This document shows, one piece after another, positions 60,061-64,000 of a stretch of DNA of 64,000 nt. Within the stretch, counting starts at the first letter, position 1. Every line of letters begins with the position of its first letter. A model generated the notes under the pieces. The model searched no databases, was not told the origin of the DNA, and saw nothing but the letters and a program-made list of their open reading frames with translations. This DNA is from the human T2T-CHM13v2.0 reference genome, Homo sapiens: assembly GCF_009914755.1 (NCBI RefSeq), contig NC_060925.1; one strand, 5' to 3'. The translations under genes and the position numbers were made by a program.

Positions 60061-63000
60061 TGCATGGAATCATCATAAAATGGAATCGAATGGAATCAAC
60101 ATCAAATGGAATCAAATGGAATCATTGAACGGAATTGAATGGAATCGTCATCGAATGAATTGACTGCAATCATCGAATGGTCTCGAATGGAATCATCTTC
60201 AAATGGAATGGAATGGAATCATCGCATAGAATCGAATGGAATTATCATCGAATGGAATCGAATGGAATCAACATCAAACGGAAAAAAACAGAATTATCGT
60301 ATGGAATCGAAGAGAATCATCGAAGGGACCCGAATGGAATCATCTAATGGAATGGAATGGAATAATCCATGGACTCGAATGCAATCATCATCGAATGGAA
60401 TCGAATGGAATCATCGAATGGACTCGAATGGAATAATCATTGAACGGAATCGAATGGAATCATCATCGGATGGAAATGAATGGAATCATCATCGAATGGA
60501 ATCGAATAGAATTATGGAATGAAATCCAGTGTGATCATCATCGAATGGACCCGAATGGAATCATCATCCAACGGAAGCTAATGGAATCAACATCGAATGA
60601 ATCGAATGGAAACACCATCGAATTGAAACGAATGGAATTATCATGAAATTGAAATGGATGGACTCATCATCGAATGGATTCGAATGGAATCATCGAATAA
60701 AATTGATTGAAATCATCATCCAATGGAATCGAATGGTATCATTGAATGGAATCGAATGGAATCTTCATCAGATGGAAATGAATGGAATCGTCATAGAATG
60801 GAATCGAATGGATTCATTGAATGGAATCAGATGGAATCATCGAATGGACTGGAATGGAATCATTGAATGGACTCGAAAGGGATCATTATTGAATGGAATT
60901 GAATGGAATCATCGAATGGTCTCGATTGGAATCATTATCAAATGGAATCGAATGGAATCACCGAACAGAATCGAATGGAACAATCATCGAATGGACTCAA
61001 ATGGAATTATCCTCAAATGGAATCGAATGGAATTATCGAATGCAATCGAATGGAATTATCGAATGCAATCGAATAGAATCATCGAATGGACTCGAATGGA
61101 ATCATCGAATGGAATGGAATGGAACAGTCAATGAACTCGAATGGAATCATCATTGAAAGGAATCGAATGGAATCATCGAGTGGAATCGAATGGAATTTTG
61201 ATCAAATTGAATCGAATGTAATCATCATCAAATGGAATCAAAAATAACCATCATCAATTGGTATTGAATGGAATTGTCATCAAATGGAATTCAAAGGAAT
61301 CATCATCAAATGGAACCGAATGGAATCCTCATTGAATGGAAATGAAAGGGGTCATCATCTAATGGAATCGCATGGAATCATCATCAAATGGAATCGAATG
61401 GAATCATCATCAAATGGTATCTAATGGAATCATTGAACAGAATTGAATGGAATCGTCATCGAATGAATTGAATGCAATCATCGAATGGTCTCGAATGGAA
61501 TCATCTTCTAATGGAAAGGAATGGAATCATCGCATAGAATCGAATGGAATTATCATCGAATGGAATCGAATGGTATCAACACCAAACGGAAAAAAACGGA
61601 ATTATCGAATGGAATCGAAGAGAATCTTCGAACGGACCCGAATGGAATCATATAATGGAATGGAATGGAATAATCCATGGACTCGAATGCAATCATCATC
61701 GAATGGAATCGAATGGAATCATCGAATGGACTCGAATGGAATAATCATTGAACGGAATCGAATGGAATCATCATCGGATGGAAACGAATGGAATCATCAT
61801 CGAATGGAAATGAAAGGAGTCATCATCTAATGGAATTGCATGGAATCATCATAAAATGGAATCGAATGGATTCAACATCAAATGGAATCAAATGGAATCA
61901 TTGAACGGAATTGAATGGAATCGTCATCGAATGAATTGACTGCAATCATCGAATGGTCTCGAATGGAATCATCTTCAAATGGAATGGAATGGAATCATCG
62001 CATAGAATCGAATGGAATTATCATCGAATGGAATCGAATGGAATCAACATCAAACGGAAAAAAACGGAATTATCGAATGGAATCGAAGAGAATCATCGAA
62101 TGGACCCGAATGGAATCATCTAATGGAATGGAATGGAATAATCCATGGACTCGAATGCAATCATCATCGAATGGAATCGAATGGAATCATCGAATGGACT
62201 CGAATGGAATAATCATTGAACGGAAACGAATGGAATCATCATCGGATGGAAATGAATGGAATCATCATCGAATAGAATCGAATAGAATTATGGAATGAAA
62301 TCCAGCGTGATCATCATCGAATGGACCCGAATGGAATCATCATCCAACGGAAGCTAATGGAATCAACATCGAATGAATCGAATGGAAACACCATCGAATT
62401 GAAACGAATGGAATTATCATGAAATTGAAATGGATGGACTCATCATCGAATGGATTCGAATGGAATCATCGAATAAAATTGATTGAAATCATCATCGAAT
62501 GGAATCGAATGGTATCATTGAATGGAATCGAATGGAATCATCATCAGATGGAAATGAATGGAATCGTCATAGAATGGAATCGAATGGATTCATTGAATGG
62601 AATCAGATGGAATCATCGAATGGACTGGAATGGAATCATTGAATGGACTCGAAAGGGATCATGATTGAATGGAATTGAATGGAATCATCGAATGGTCTCG
62701 ATTGGAATCATTATCAAATGGAATCGAATGGAATCACCGAATAGAATCGAATGGAACAATCATCGAATGGACTCAAATGGAATTATCCTCCAATGGAATC
62801 GAATGGAATTATCGAATGCAATCGAATGGAATTATCGAATGCAATCGAATAGAATCATCGAATGGACTCGAATGGAATCATCGAATGGAATGGAATGGAA
62901 CAGTCAATGAACTCGAATGGAATCATCATTGAATGGAATCGAATGGAATCATCGAGTGGAATCGAATGGAATTATGATCAAATGGAATCGAATGTAATCA

Positions 63001-64000
63001 TCATCAAATGGAATCAAAAATAACCATCATCAATTGGTATTGAATGGAATTGTCATCAAATGGAATTCAAAGGAATCATCATCAAATGGAACCGAATGGA
63101 ATCCTCATTGAATGGAAATGAAAGGGGTCATCATCTAATGGAATCGCATGGAATCATCATCAAATGGAATCGAATGGAATCATCATCAAATGGAATCTAA
63201 TGGAATCATTGAACAGAATTGAATGGAATCGTCATCGAATGAATTGAATGCAATCATCGAATGGTCTCGAATGGAATCATCTTCTAATGGAAAGGAATGG
63301 AAGCATCGCATAGAATCGAATGGAATTATCATCGAATGGAATCGAATGGTATCAACACCAAACGGAAAAAAACGGAATTATCGAATGGAATCGAAGAGAA
63401 TCTTCGAACGGACCCGAATGGAATCATCTAATGGAATGGAATGGAATAATCCATGGACTCGAATGCAATCATCATCGAATGGAATCGAATGGAATCATCG
63501 AATGGACTTGAATGGAATAATCATTGAACGGAATCGATTGGAATCATCATCGGATGGAAACGAATGGAATCATCATCGAATGGAAATGAAAGGAGTCATC
63601 ATCTAATGGAATTGCATGGAATCATCATAAAATGGAATCGAATGGAATCAACATCAAATGGAATCAAATGGAATCATTGAACGGAATTGAATGGAATCGT
63701 CATCGAATGAATTGACTGCAATCATCCAATGGTCTCGAATGGAATCATCTTCAAGTGGAATGGAATGGAATCATCGCATAGAATCGAATGGAATTATCAT
63801 CGAATGGAATCGAATGGAATCAACATCCAACGGAAAAAAACGGAATTATCGAATGGAATCGAAGAGAATCATCGAATGGACCCGAATGGAATCATCTAAT
63901 GGAATGGAATGGAATAATCCATGGACTCGAATGCAATCATCATCGAATGGAATCGAATGGAATCATCGAATGGACTCGAATGGAATAATCATTGAACGGA
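60061..64000 (+). repeat. Recurrence of block 47,600-51,539 at +12,461, running off the window end
   Basis: ORF starts 47678/60139, 48182/60643 and 50762/63223. Shared CGAAGGGACC, CCGAACAGAA, CCAGCGTG (49845/62306), GGACTTGAA, TTCAAGTGG and CATCCAACGGAAAA. Confidence 0.82.

Larger units (their letters stand above)
1..64000 (+). repeat. Human satellite II (HSat2) tandem array, GAATG strand on +, about 33 macro-units; probably the chr1q12 1.77-kb subfamily (HSat2A2 / D1Z1)
   Basis: Continuous GAATG-derived sequence with 23/26-bp monomers GAATGGAATCGAATGGAATC(ATC)n and dense TCGA (TaqI) and GAATC (HinfI) sites. This distinguishes HSat2 from the purer (GGAAT)n of HSat3. 13 of 32 landmark spacings are exactly 1,776 bp. 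The family call is very secure; the chromosome/subfamily call rests on recalled knowledge of the 1.77-kb EcoRI unit. Confidence 0.97.

Noticed and set aside
78-63988. Hundreds of 60-176 aa plus-strand ORFs (MESSSNGIEWNH-like)
   Set aside because: They are direct translations of GAATG/ATC monomers, overlap in several frames, and are broken by stops and frameshifts at random between copies. They show no domain, splice or promoter context. I used them only as coordinate markers.
1-64000. CRISPR-like repeat/spacer or programmed cassette-shuffling system
   Set aside because: There are no unique spacers, leader, cas or recombinase genes, and no specific recombination site. Junctions fall in ordinary monomer homology, consistent with passive satellite turnover.
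1-64000. HSat3/DYZ1, alpha satellite or telomeric repeat identity
   Set aside because: Pure GGAAT runs are at most 3-4 copies, TCGA/ATCATC monomers dominate, and there is no 171-bp period, CENP-B box or TTAGGG tract.
1-64000. Inversion, or Alu/L1/viral insertion within the array
   Set aside because: I saw no CATTC-strand segment, poly-A tail, target-site duplication or non-satellite sequence. All unit-length differences are accounted for by internal rearrangements.

Overview
The whole 64 kb window is one uninterrupted, single-orientation array of human/great-ape classical satellite II (HSat2), with the GAATG strand on +. It is built from 23/26-bp GAATGGAATCGAATGGAATC(ATC)1-2 monomers rich in TCGA. 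The main period is 1,776 bp with one EcoRI site per unit, which fits the 1.77-kb chromosome 1q12 satellite (pUC1.77/D1Z1, HSat2A2); that chromosome assignment comes from recalled knowledge, not a search. Each unit is about 840 bp of single-copy sequence plus two 468-bp sub-repeats. I found no genes, RNA genes, transposons, CRISPR arrays or inversions, and all the listed ORFs are translation artefacts of the repeat. I found no new coding or defence-type system. The interesting content is the array's structure. Spacings between the 33 copies of the landmark ATGAAATTGAAATGGATGGA are 1776,1776,2839,2518,1776,1776,2235,2260,1776,2244,1752,1772,1772,2370,1455,1776,1776,1767,1772,1772,2370,1455,1776,1776,1767,1776,1776,1776,2839,2371,1923,1776. 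These lengths can be explained by a few recurring rearrangements (+/-468, -713, +147, -1308 and small indels). Using shared diagnostic variants, the units read as: A B C D/E F G H' [diverged block] J J D E F G H I/J J D E F G H I A B C D E I A'. This reveals a near-identical 12,688-bp tandem duplication, block recurrences at offsets 49,880, 21,188 and 12,461 bp, a diverged ~9 kb island with three sub-repeats per unit, and small patches consistent with gene conversion. All comparisons were made by eye and from ORF-track coordinates.
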